A stretch of 64,000 bases of DNA, taken from the NCBI GenBank assembly GCA_051294905.1, contig CM119372.1:37326001-37390000 (forward strand), written 5' to 3'. Below the pieces are notes generated by a model that made no database searches, was not told where the DNA came from, and was given only the letters and a program-made list of their open reading frames with translations. Positions 12,629 through 25,758 of this stretch are shown piece by piece (position 1 is the first letter of the stretch; the number at the start of each line of letters is the position of its first letter). The position numbers and the translations under genes are program-made. Source of the stretch: Botryllus schlosseri (taxonomy: Eukaryota).

Positions 12629-13775
12629 TTTCCAAGTCACAGTGCGCGATAATTCGGGAATACTATAGTATATCAATCAGACAAGAAGAATGAATACACG
12701 AAACAGATGAATACAAATTGGAAATCACATTATCAAATTAGTAATTTGTCTCCAACATAAAATACGACGGGGTTCTGACATCGCATTTAGTAGCTCGCAT
12801 CGCGACAATTGTTTGCTGAGTGTAACGGCGTTTTGGGCTACTCTTCTGCCATCTCCTAATTATGCTCAAAATCCTTACCTGAGTGAATGACGATCATGCG
12901 CAGAAATGAATTCCAATTCGTATGCATACACAATAACACTGTCCAATTTCGAGCCGGATTAAAAAAACTACCACGGATGAACCAGCTGTTCATCCGATTC
13001 AGAGCAACGATGATATGGTATTTCTTGGCGGCTGCTCGTCCTATAGACATGTGCAACGAAATCACGTTTTCATCCTCTGTCCCATTTCGCGTAACCCATA
13101 TTGATCATTATATTCGAACCGGTCAATTGGCCAACAAGGTTGTGCTGATGATAAACTTGCGGGTATGCCGAATACCCATAATAATCACAGGCATATCTAG
13201 CATACCGAGGTTCGGCGATCCTGTATGAAGATTGACCATCTTAATCTGAGATTGAACATATATGACTTCTCTGCTGTGAAATCCCCAGGAACATGGTTAG
13301 TCGGAAAAGGTAGCGCCAAAGATTCAAAAATTTATAATTTCGCGAAGGGCTGCTGTTGAGTTATGTGAATTCAGCAGCTATGGTTGTTGCATATATAATG
13401 ACATCTTATGAAATACGTCAGAGCCGAAGCTACTCCTCAAATAACTGGCTCCAGCTCCGGTGAAAATGCACGACTCCGGGGCTCCGGCTCCATGCTCCGG
13501 CCCGAAGCCCGGGATGTAGGTATAGATATTGGGACGTTCCCAATGCGAGTGACTGTCCCAGAAGTAGGTACTTTGCCGTGTTATGATTGCTGTATGGGTT
13601 AAGTAAATCGCATACCTGCCAATCAGTGACTATGTTTTCGTGTCTCCTACATCCTTAAATCGAGGCCTGACGTTAATTACACATATATAATATAAATATA
13701 TTTAGCAATTCTCACTCTCTCTCTCCAAAAGACCAAGTTTTACGAGTACCATGTCTAGATAATCCCAAAATCGAA

Positions 13776-15027
13776 GTTGCCAATCTGCGGCAGTAGAAGG
13801 AAATTTATGCGGGCGGCCGTTGACACTTAATTCGATTAGGATGTGATGGCGGCCGTCAATATGCAAATTCAATTTACGAATTGAGTCCCTAATTAATGAG
13901 AGGTTTCAATTAATATTTAAATTTTCTTCGCGCTTCGCGTGGTTCAATGCGAATTGATTTTCCATTTTAATATAGTAGTGTCCTTTGTAATCTGAGCCCA
14001 AGAGTACAGATGCGAACAGCAGACGAACATGATGTGCCCCATGAAAAAATACCAATTTATAATCGTGTTTTCTACATCACGAAGGAAATTTGTTTCTGGC
14101 AGGCCTACGTTTGGGCGAATCCAATATATTTCCACTATACCGACAATCCTGATGGAAGTACAACAAATAACTGCATGCAACAAGGACGACTGTTAACATC
14201 CCCTGCATCAACTCTACCAGTGAATCTGATCACATATTCTGAGAAATTATAAATATGTGATAGTGATATGTGAGACTATACTAATTTTAATGACGAAATT
14301 TACTCGTGAGTAGGATTGCATTTAAAACAAAAATCAATTTAAAACAGACATGTTTAAAACAAGGCTCTAATTTAAAACACGTTTTTTATTGTTTTTTTTC
14401 AAAGCCATGACGTCATGAATACTCAATTGTGGCGCCATAGTGGATTTACATTGACAATTGAAAATATAGGGTAAATATAGCTCCTTTGACGAAATATCTG
14501 GACTATTAATGTTGAACCAACTATTTTGAGGGTTCCAACCATCCCATATCGATATAAACCGGGTATATAGGGTGGTAATTGTCGCAGGCTCATACAATAT
14601 GTTTTTTGGAAAGTTTCTACTTGATTACGGCATAATTTTACAACTTGAAAAAAAAAAATTTTTTTTAGATGCCATTATTTAAATTTTAAAACTCTGTAAT
14701 AAACATGTTTTAAACGAAGTGTTTTGAAACACCGTTTGTTTTAAATCCAACCCTACTCATGAATATGAAAATAATTTCGGGCTTGGCGCGACTACAATAC
14801 GAATCCCAATGGCTATTCAAAACATTACTACTCAGGATTTCAGTGCGCACAATGAGCCGATATGAGTGAATAGATTAGTCCGGAGTTTACCGACAATGGA
14901 CATGGAAAGTTTAACATGGGTATTTTGTCTGCAGTTAGTTCATTACGACTATATGAACTGGAATGTGGCCGTAGGCTACATAAGTAATCGAAATGCGGTC
15001 GTATAAAGCCCAGATTGCCCACCACTG
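13776..15027. mobile_element. hAT MITE with a nested MITE at 14311-14755
   Basis: Shares internal sequence with 1-583 and 62546-63266. Nested element taggattgcatttaaaac...gttttaaatccaacccta has TSD ctcgtgag/ctcatgaa; a relative lies at about 31286-31770. Left boundary is approximate. Confidence 0.65.
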
Positions 15028-15756
15028 CTTCAGTTGCTGAAGAGTGTTGTCCGGTATCGTGTGCACCTCATAGTTCAAAATAGAATGAAAGTGATGATCA
15101 TGATAATTTTGTTGTATTTGTATTTCTTCAATAAAATATTATTTCTTTTGTGGTAACTATGCCCGTCGCTCATGTTAGAGAAATCGCAGCGTTGTACTGA
15201 CGTACAGTTATCAAGCGTGGTTGTTAAACTTTTTTGCCTATTTTTATCTCCATATTGAAGTCATGCAACCCGCGGCCTCTACGAATTTTGAAAAGTGGCA
15301 TGCGACCCGCTTCAAGTTGGCGACCCCTGGTCTATACATACGTTGCTTGAAATCTACACTACAGCAAATATTTAGTCTGTCAGGTAACGACTGTTCAATA
15401 ATATTAATCTACAAGAGGTTTCACATGTACATTAATATACGATTCTATATCACATATTAAATCAAACATCACCACATATATAGGCGATACGTATAGCCTA
15501 TCAAAATGACAATGTCCTGAAAGTGAGAGACGCAGTAAATTTATTAATATATTAGCATAGCAATTTACAACGTAGCGTACTACGTTGTAAATTGCTATGA
15601 TATTAGTGCGCAATTCAGTAAAATTTCTGTCTAATATATTCTAATTAAAAATGTTATGGGTAATTTTTATGCTTTGATTAACCTCCGATCATTTTTGATC
15701 TAACCATGAATCACATATGGTTACAACGTTTTCTCACAAGTTTGGTGTAACGCTAT

Positions 15757-18700
15757 TTACTGACAGTTACTCGTTACTGAAGTTTACCAGGCTATTGGCA
15801 AAATTGATTACCTTGAAAATCTCTGCAGTCAATGTATACGTGGAACTGAATGTTACTGATATCATTCTCGTGATGATTTGACCTGATTCAACCTCGTTCG
15901 CGAGACTGGGGTCTGTCATACGGAAATTGTTGGCCCTAGTACCAATTTCAGTATAGTACATAGTAGGGTAAAAGAAACAACTGACAATCGTAGATAGCCA
16001 CAATATTATAATATATGGCTATGGCTATGCGGCCGGTTTCGCTGTCACGGATATGACTGATGAGTTAGAATATCAGTTTAGGATGTATAATATTGATCGG
16101 GAAACTAGAAATATCAGCGCCGCATGCTAAGTTGACCATTCGTTGATGGCGAACAAGGCGACCTGTAATAGGTTACCGTTACGCGTTACTGCTTTTTCTG
16201 AGATTCGTAGTAAACAACCAACGCACAACTGTGACATCACAAGCAGCGTCTGGTTAAGTAAGTAGGGTAAGTAGTGACAACACATGGAATAAATATCAAT
16301 TTATACGCAATTAGATGGAAAAGAAAGGGATTAGATGTAATGATTAATGTTTCTGTATGAAAAAACGACCTAAATCAAACATTTTAACGCAGTGGCCAGT
16401 AAATATTATTGGTCGCATGTCAGCGGATGAATACCACTTATTTCGAAATCGTTAGAGTGTCGGATCGTCGTCTGGCCATTATTGAGATTTGAGCAAAGGG
16501 TGCAGCGAAGCTTTTTGACTTGAAGAAAGTGGACACGATCGTTGAAGATTCCTAGGAATGCTGATTGGGATACGCATCGTAAAAGGTACAGTACTACATA
16601 GTATTCGTTACCGTGAATATCTACGACTGTGCGCACCACCGGGATGACTTTGATTTCATGATTGAAATACTTCATTCGCCGCATTTTCTGTCCTATTTTG
16701 GGATGTTAGTCGACCTATATACTGACCTGTGACACCACATACTCTGCCACGGAGTAGTCGAAACTGTTGGCATGTTTATGTCATTTTTGGGCCATAGCAT
16801 AGAGATGTTTCCATCCACTGCTGGATTTGTTTGGCACACATGCCACCTCAAATGATGAACCTTTTGCTTCAATACATAAGATCAGTGGTTCTCAACCTGG
16901 GGAACGCGAGAAATTGACTACCGTAAGTCTGTATGAATTCTGACTAAACATGTGTTTCGCAACCATTTTCAGAAGACGATTGTTGAAGGTGAAACTTATT
17001 TCGTATTCAAGAAAGCTCGCCAAATTCAAACTCCAGCAGTCGCGCTCAACTACATTTGAGCAAATTTTTGAAATTATTGGAAGATTTAGAGGAATTCCCA
17101 CGTGTAAGTCATTCATTACTTCATAGCTTTGGCAGAAGCCTAATGCTCGTTGCGCTGGGTAGCTGTTGTTAATAGCTGGCGAACTGCACTGCGTAAGACA
17201 GACTTGGATGTAATATAGGTTGCTCGGTTTCACACTCAATTAAGCTACCCTATATCAACACAATTTAATTCAATTCAATTCCAAAACTGATCAAATTGGG
17301 CATTAGTGCTCTTCAAAAATGACTTTTTTTCTCAAATCGTATACTGGCTACTTGATAAAATCGTTAAGTTACCTAATTTAAGCCTACACACAAAATTTGG
17401 TTCAATTCCAGCCAGTAACCGCTTTGCTACAGGAGCAGTAAGTTTATATTTATTATATAAAAATGAATAATAAAAAATTTGAAAATTTTCTGTTCACCCC
17501 ACGAAAGTGTTAGGCTGTCTATAGAAACGATCCTCACCAAATTTGGGTCAATTCCAACCAGTGGAAGCGGAGTTAATGCCGTCTAATAATTTGGATTTGA
17601 ATAAAATAGTATTTACGGTGACCGATTCTTTGTTTATTTATTATAGTTGCGCTCACCGTAAATACTATTTTATTCAAATCCAAATTTTTCGACGGCAATA
17701 ACTCCGCTTCCACGGGTTGGATTTGAACCAAATTTGGTGAAGATCGTTTCTATAGACAGCCTAACACTTTTGTGGGGTGAACAGAAAATTTTCAAATTTT
17801 TTATTATTTATTTTTATGTAATAAATAGAAACTTACTTCTCCTGTAGCAAAGCGGTTACTGGCTGGAATTGAACCAAATTTTGTGTGTAGGCTTAAATTA
17901 GGTAACCTAACGATTTTATCAAGTAGCCAGTACGATTTGAGAAAAAAAGTCATTTTTGAAGAGCCCTATTGGGCATGGCAGTACAGAACGACGCCTTGTT
18001 CTCTGTAGTCACTACCAGCATTAGGTCCGGTCCAATGTTTTTTTGCTATTTTCAAACAAGTTTGGGGAAATTTGTCAAAAATGTTAAAGACTGGAATACG
18101 TATTCAAACTTGGCGTAAGACATACCATATGTATACTATTAGATCAGGGATGGGCATTGGGCAACCTACTGCCGTGGATTGGAATTTGTGCGGCCGTCAG
18201 CACCTAATTCAATTAGTATGTGTTAGCATCCGTCGAAATGCAAATTGAAATTACCAATTCACTCCCAATTTTTTTAAAGATTTCAATTATTCTTGAAATT
18301 TTCTTCGCGCTCCACGCAATTCAACATAACTTAATTTTTCTATTGTAATTTAGTCCCGCCATGTAAATCTGAGCAGGAATCAGAATGGTGTGCTCCTCAC
18401 AAAATAAATTTTTTATTGTACATTTGGGCGATTTCAATATATTTCCACCACCGATACGATGGACAATCCTGATCGGGGGTCAAGAAATAACAGCATGCAA
18501 TAAAGTGCATGACTAATAATAATTGGCCCACACGAAGATGCAATATCATTTATAAATTGCCCGCTGCATTTGATAAAGTAAGTCATTAATCTCTGCTATA
18601 TCATGTGAAAGGCGGAGCCGTCACCACACAATGTACTAGTACCGGTACTTCAAAAATTGTTATATTTTTGTTACCCTATTTATCTTAGTAGTCTTTATTA

Positions 18701-19306
18701 TGTCATGTCTAGGTTAGGAACTTTGCTTAATATAGCGACTTAGGCATGCATTCTTTTTAGTGGAACTGCAAGATACTAGCTACACAGAAGGAATGAGGAC
18801 GAGAAAAAGAAACAACTGGAAGTTTGGCCGATGGTGGGAGACCACTCGTGTTACTGCATGTCTCCTAAAGAAGAATTAGACCTCCAGCAGCAATACTTTT
18901 CCATCGATAATCTTCTCATCGTAAATCATGAATGAATATACAGTTTGTACCAATGTCGTTTGGGGGTGTGAAGAAGCTTTTGCGATATTTTAGCATCGGG
19001 TTGCTTTGCGATAGGTATGGGATGTACGTGAATTTACAAGGTGGTATGTAATCCTGATTTACACAGACAGCATGTATGTAGGTAGGCGGTAAAATTACAG
19101 TCTGAGTGGCAAATATACAGGACAAAATGTAGATTGGATCTACCGGAGGTGACTGTAACATTACAGTCTGGCGTGTAAAGTGAGATTACCGGACGAGTGT
19201 AAGTTAAATTTACATTGACTAACGGTAATGTTAAATTACCACGAAATGTCTGGCTACCGTGCTTCCAAACATTTCGCGGTAAATCGAGGTTTTTTTTTTT
19301 ACATTG
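15757..19306 (+). mobile_element. Non-autonomous CACTG-ended (EnSpm/CACTA-like) element, copy 1, left end truncated
   Basis: Colinear and highly similar to 59509-64000. The right end ggtaaatcgaggttttttttttttacattg matches the reverse complement of cactgtaaaaaa..gatttac at 59346. Confidence 0.7.
17304..17968. mobile_element. Palindromic hAT-type MITE (665 bp, arms about 317 bp)
   Basis: Ends tagtgctcttcaaaaatgac and gtcatttttgaagagcccta; 8-bp TSD ttgggcat. The empty site is visible in the paralogous copy at about 62331. Confidence 0.9.
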
Positions 19307-22300
19307 TAATAAATGACAACCTTATGGATAGAATTTCCCTGTAATTAATTGACTCTTTACTTGGTATTTGAAGTCATGTCGTTCACTAATATTGCGACGA
19401 AACAGTCATATATAGAGATAACATATCCCCGCATAATGCTGGACGTATCACGATTTGCATGTGCATGATATGTCTTGCCGAATTGATATTCAATCGTAAA
19501 AATACAATTCGAAGTATAGTCGTATCAATGACAGTATAGCGGGAAGGCGTGTTTATGTGTTATAATGGTTGCAGAACAAATGGGATCAACAGAATGTATT
19601 TCTTAGTCTAGAACAGATGAACGATATTTTAGTGTGTGATTTATTGAAACCCATCAGTTGAAGATGCGACACTTCACTGTGAACATTAACCTTACTCAGC
19701 ACCTAACACTGCCCTCAATCCCGATACTAACGCCTAACCGAATATTAGCAAATTATAGCACTAGTCCTAACTATCATGATCAGAAGTGGTCGGTAACGAA
19801 GTACTTCTACCTGTCGAAAAATTCAAGTACACTATACGAACTTTCCCTACTTCCTCCAGTGGTTATACGATTTTAGTCCACTTCAACCTGACAGTTTTAA
19901 GTTTTTCATGCAAAACTAGGCCTTCAATGCTTACTTTATTCTACTTGTAACCGCTACCTCTACATCTACTCGAGTACCGACGATGACTATAATTTAATCA
20001 CATTTGATCATGATTACATCATGTGCGTGTCTATGCTGAAAGGTCTGGAAAAACTCCATAGTAGTTATAACGCGGTCACTTCTGCTCCTGCGTGACGACT
20101 GTCCTATGGGTGTTCACTTGATATTTTGACGTGCAGGACAAAACGAAGGTACAACTTGCTGTGGATTATTATGCTGGTTTGTACCAAACTCAGACACGCT
20201 ATCAAAACAGAGTCTGATATTCATACCAAGCAATATTACTTAGCGATAGTAATATTTGGCGAATGAATTCTTCATATTATTCGCGAGTGCTGCGGACTGC
20301 ATATATTCCTATGGATTGTGACGTTGAAGCAGCCTTGTAAAAATTTGTCCTGCTTCTGGTATAGTACAACTCCGCAATAAACACAAGTATGTGTATGCGT
20401 GTATGTTCTGTTGTTGATAGGCCTATGTATACATCCAATTTGCCAGTAATGCCTACATGCTCACTGCACGCAAGACACCACATGCTGCTACGAGCATCGC
20501 CACAATATTTATCCTCATACTTAGGATAACTACCTTTAAAATTGTATATGAGACGACAGTTTCCATGATCAATGTCATGCAAGCAAGCTGAAGATCCTGA
20601 CTCCAAGTATTTAAAAAGTGTGCCTACTTACTGAGCACACACTTTTGTAATCAGATTCATCGTCATTGTATAGGTAAAATCCTTGCATCATGGTTTTGCT
20701 GATATTTGTTGATTCCGTAACATACCATCCCTCGTATAAAGCTTTGGGATTTTTCACTTCTTTCGTTGCGATGGGCTCTTTCTGATACTCTAATGTTTTG
20801 ATATTTACTGCATTGTGTTCATAAGTTCGTGTATCAATAAATGGATTGGTGGATTTGGCTTGAATACACCTACTGGAATGGGTGTGAAGGCAACATATTC
20901 CATCAAAAAGAGTCACTAATTTGATTTGCGCCCTACAATACAGTGAAAATTAGCGTTGCGGCATACGATTTTATATGCAATGTACTGTACAGGAAACGAT
21001 GAGGCTATTTTTACGTTTTCATAATAGCAGTGTCAATCAGGTTTGCGGAACTTTTTAACACCGGATTCAACTTTCACACCACGCCAAGGGTATTAATGAG
21101 CATTGAGCAATAGACATCCATTCCTATGAGGTTTAATGAAGAGGGCGAGCGGGATTATGTTTATTTTTGCCACTCCGAGAAGAAGATATACGTAAACCAG
21201 ACTCACTCCATCCGTGGAATATGGCAGCATAATAATGGGCGAATTTGTCTCATCAATGCAAACTTATGTGAGGGTAAAGCACTGACGGTGTAATACAAGA
21301 TGGCCATTATCCCAAGATATGTTGGAAATCTTTCAGATGCATGTAAGATTTGTACGTTATACAGTCCATGAGTCGATTTATGTTCCTTACACGTTGGCGG
21401 AAAAACATTGTCGTTAGAAAAATTATATAGACGTAGGGACTGTGCGAACGTTCTGTTCACGTCCGTATTCATTATACAAACCTATATAATTCAGAGGTTG
21501 TTCTTCGCAAAGCACCCTTTGCAAGTGTATGTGTGTGTGTGTGTGAACATTTTGTTGTAAAATGCCAGTATTTTCCTGTGATCTTAATGTCAATGATCAA
21601 CTGTATCACGATGACAACGGAAAATCAACACTAATCTAAGAGGAGCCATGTTACGCAGTGAATGAGTTTATAGAATGCGGTCAACTTATCACGGTAATTT
21701 AGTTGTTGTTAATAATAACATGATTCGCTGCCGTCACTGCTACGCGCCTGGCCAAGACCTATAAGATTCCGTGCTCTCGAAGCACTAAATATGTCAGATG
21801 AGACGGAAGTGTTATACATATTCTTGGAATTAGCATTGTCAAAAGTTCATTTTCGAAGAGAATCTTTGATAAAACTTCCTGATTACACGAACCCCGACCT
21901 TTTCAAGAGGTTACAGCACGACCCCAATTACACATTGAGGTAATACATCCTGTTCCTGATTCGAGATTCAAATAGAAGTCCTAATTCATATCTTCAATTT
22001 ACGTTACATTATATCCAGATCTCTAGTCCATGAAGGGTAATAATGATCTCCAGCATATTCTTCAAATCCTTTTTACAATAATCAAACCAAATTCCGTGTT
22101 GACCTCTAGCAACTAGCACCAGCTCATCATCATGTCACCATCAATGTACCATGAACGTCACTACAGTGTAATTTTCTCCTACAGCGCAATGAAGCGGCAC
22201 GCTCGATTACTTCAAATAGATCAGCGGCAACATACGATGTGATACGCCAAGTGAAACGTCACATGAAAACTTACATTCTACATTACGCCACCGCCTATCA

Positions 22301-22701
22301 CAGAGGCTGGCAATTTTCTGCATCACGTGCAGCGTGCAATTGCTTACGTATGGACTTTCCGATCACGCGTGATAAATTTAACTCGGCGTCGTGTCCTTTT
22401 TGCGTTGATTCTATATAAACCACGAAGCACATACGATTGCAGAGTATTTAAGCGGGACAGGCCAGTTGAAATCTTCAAAATTGTCCGTGGATTCTATTTG
22501 TATAGCTTTTGTCTCGACGTGACTGCTCCCGATAGCTCTTGATTCTGAAATCGGTTTGGTGAAATCTCCGTCATTACGAGGCGCAAAATTGAATGTATCA
22601 ACATTGCTGATTGATATGGCTCAGCGAAGTTTAGAAATGAGGCAATTTAATTTTAGCTGATGCGAAACGCATTTCAACATCCAACCCTAAATGGCTGAAT
22701 C

Positions 22702-23830
22702 CAGTGGTTCTTAACTTTTTTTCCTGCAGCGCCCCATTTCTAAAATTTCCTAGGCCTGCCACTCCCCTCCCCATATTCTAAGGACGGTAGAAAAACAACG
22801 TTCGAAGAATTCAAAGTTTGGTTGGTCTTTTAGGGTTGGGAATATACAATCGGAAATAGCTTGGATCGCGGCCGAGGACCACTCGACTAATTTAGGCTAT
22901 AATAATTGTATGTGCTCCGTTCGGGATCAATCAAGGCGGCTATAACAACCATCGGGTACGGGCTCATACCATATGCAGGGTTCGAGCCCGGTGTACACAT
23001 CCTAAATTCACCTCTGCGATTGGCAGTACTGGGACATTAATAGTATAGGATTTTGTTTTATTCCTTTCTATGACTAGTAAATCAACTGAGATAGTGGTAG
23101 AGATCTCTGCTCACATTGAATTTAGTACTACCCCAGTTATTAACTTCAACATGAATGCATTCCAAACAAAGCAAGTCATATTATACAACGTTCGTGAGCG
23201 GTTGCGGGTCACAACGACGAAGGAATATTCTGAAGATTTAATTTTGTAGCTCTCAAATACAAATATAATTACGGTAGTTAATCATTTTGACCAGAAAGCA
23301 TCAAAGCATCTTCAATGTGCAATGGACTCTCACTGTGAAAAGCGGTACAATGCTTCTTTCTTCGATTTCATCACACTGTGCGCTGCTAGATCAAATACTG
23401 AGTTCGAAACATTTAATGGAAAATAACCCGAGCTAGCGTGACCAGATTGTGTTAACGGGGAATTGGCGATTAATAGTAAGCTCAATTCATTTTACATGAA
23501 TTAAAATAAACCACTGCATACATGGACATGTTGCAAAGAATGTCGGCACGAAAGATTTTGAAATTTGACACATACTGTCGAAAGTTAATTTAATTAGAAC
23601 TCAGAGATATATAGAACTGTTGTTCGACTATATAATCATATGTTCCTACTGCACTATCTCTTGCGACGCCATTTTTCTTCGGCGCCCCACATACCGCCCC
23701 CTAAGCCCAGCGCCCAACAACGCCCCTTGAGCCCCGCGCACCCCATATCGCTCCCTGAGCGTTTCCTCCCCCTTCAAAATCAAATTGGCCCCTTGGAGGG
23801 GGGCGCTGGAGGCGAGGTTAAGAAACACTG
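22702..23830. mobile_element. hAT non-autonomous element, same family as 45665-47625
   Basis: TIR cagtggttcttaac/gttaagaaacactg; cgcccc subterminal repeats; degenerate TSD gctgaatc/gcctaatc. Confidence 0.75.
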
Positions 23831-24918
23831 GCCTAATCGAATCATTATTTTGTACTAATCATTACAATAAGAGTACAAAATGTCACTGGTAGACTTACTT
23901 CAAAATACTGCAGTCTTGAATCAGAGCGTAGCACACGCATAGCTGTATTTTAAAGGCTTCCGGGCGTGTTTACGTCAAGGTGTAGCTTATACGGGATTTT
24001 CGAGTAGGTGGTTGGCCTGCGTTAGACAGTTAATACGTTGTTGCGTAGCTTTCGCCACTTACATGAGAACATCCGAAGTACCAACAATGTTATGATGCCA
24101 GCTGATCCGCTTATAATCATACAATCGGACAATTCCAGAAATTAGTCGACTCGATTTCGAATTACTAATTTGTATTGTCCGTGTTAGGACCAGATGCTAT
24201 ACCTTATATACGCACGATATACGACACATAGTATTATAGTATCTTAGACATTAGGTAATCCTTCTTATCAGTATATCTTCACAAGCGACTGTTGCAACTA
24301 CGCAGTACATGGGAAGGTGAGACTTACAATCTCCTATTATCCACCATACGCCATTCCATCGCTGCTCTGTGGCATGCTATAGTTTGTTGACGTAGCGTCT
24401 GCACTCAAAATTGTAAACAAAGTTACAAACTCGTGTAGTCGCGCCGGTAAACGCCGGTTTCGTGTTACCATTGATATGGCGCAACTCCTGTCACGTGCCT
24501 GCGATACTGAATGAAGTTATTTTAAATTATAGATAACTAACCTACGGAGATTAGTTATCTATAGTCCTATGCCGACTCAGTGCTACGCGTACCAACAAAC
24601 ATGACGCGATCAGGATTATACTGTAATCAGATGTTTCTATATGGACTGGATTATTGCTATTAGGCGGTACTTTTAGTCCATTCAGAAATCATTATTTCAC
24701 TTTCACCAAAGCACAATTTTACATGGATTTTGCAACTTTAATTTGCATTGGTGGTGTACATGAAGGTTAAAAATAGCAATGGCATGGTAAATCGTAACGT
24801 TAAGACAATCTTCCTCCGCTAGACGTGTCGTTGTAACATATAGGCTACTTATGACGTAGGATGGCATGAATATTATAATATAACCATGACCTCGCAACTT
24901 CGTCCCTACTCATTAGTC

Positions 24919-25758
24919 CAGTGGTTCCCAAACGGTGGGGAATTCCCCACTGGTGGGGAATTTCGGGATTTCTGGTGGGGAATAGACTCACTTTTGAAAA
25001 AAATCTTTACAGTCATATTATCCTTTATTAAATGTCGTTTAGAAATGCCGGCCGAATATTTCGTAGCTCATTTGCATTTCAGCGATTCATATTATCAGTG
25101 CCTCCAATTAGCGAGAATCACAAGCGATCTCCAGAAATGTTTTTATTCAATTGTACACCATCATCGGTCACGAAACGTAGTGATAGAAAAATACTGATTC
25201 GTTGTAATAACAGCTAATATTGCTGAACACAGTGAACACGTATTCAACAGATATCGTGGATTCGCTAATTCATAGCACATACAAATGAAATTACATATTT
25301 ATGTTATTTCAAGTTCTTTTAGTATTGTGCGAAAGTGTAGTTTACGGCGGCTTATATGTATATCGCACGCATGAGTTCGTCAACATCAGGAAAGTTATCT
25401 GGCCCGTGTATTATTCGGCATTTATGTATGTAAATTGATGCTACTCCGCAACAGTTGGAAAATTTTCAAACCCCTCGTATTTTTCTGTTGGCTGCGCGAC
25501 AGGGTAGATACATATATTTACGGAAGTGCGTATATGGTTACCAGTTCAACGCTGCGTTAATTTCATTGTGTGCTGATCTATTTCAGGGATCTTAACAATC
25601 ACCAATAGCACGTACTATTTACTAAGCAAAGTCTTGCAAAAGTTTATTGGAGGTAGCACTTCAAAGGGTAGATATGGATACAGAGATTTTAGGTGGGGAA
25701 TGAAGGCTCGGAATAAATCGGAAGTGGGGAATTAGGATAAAAAGGTTGGGAACCACTG
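24919..25758. mobile_element. hAT MITE
   Basis: TIR cagtggttccca/tgggaaccactg; perfect TSD cattagtc; relative at 57033-57572. Confidence 0.85.

Larger units (their letters stand above)
3250..13512. mobile_element. Outer GCTCCG-repeat hAT MITE split by nested insertions
   Basis: Left end cagggctttgg plus (gctccg)n at 3250-3365; (gctccg)n plus ccgaagcccgg at 13428-13512; degenerate TSD gatgtgag/gatgtagg. Confidence 0.5.
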
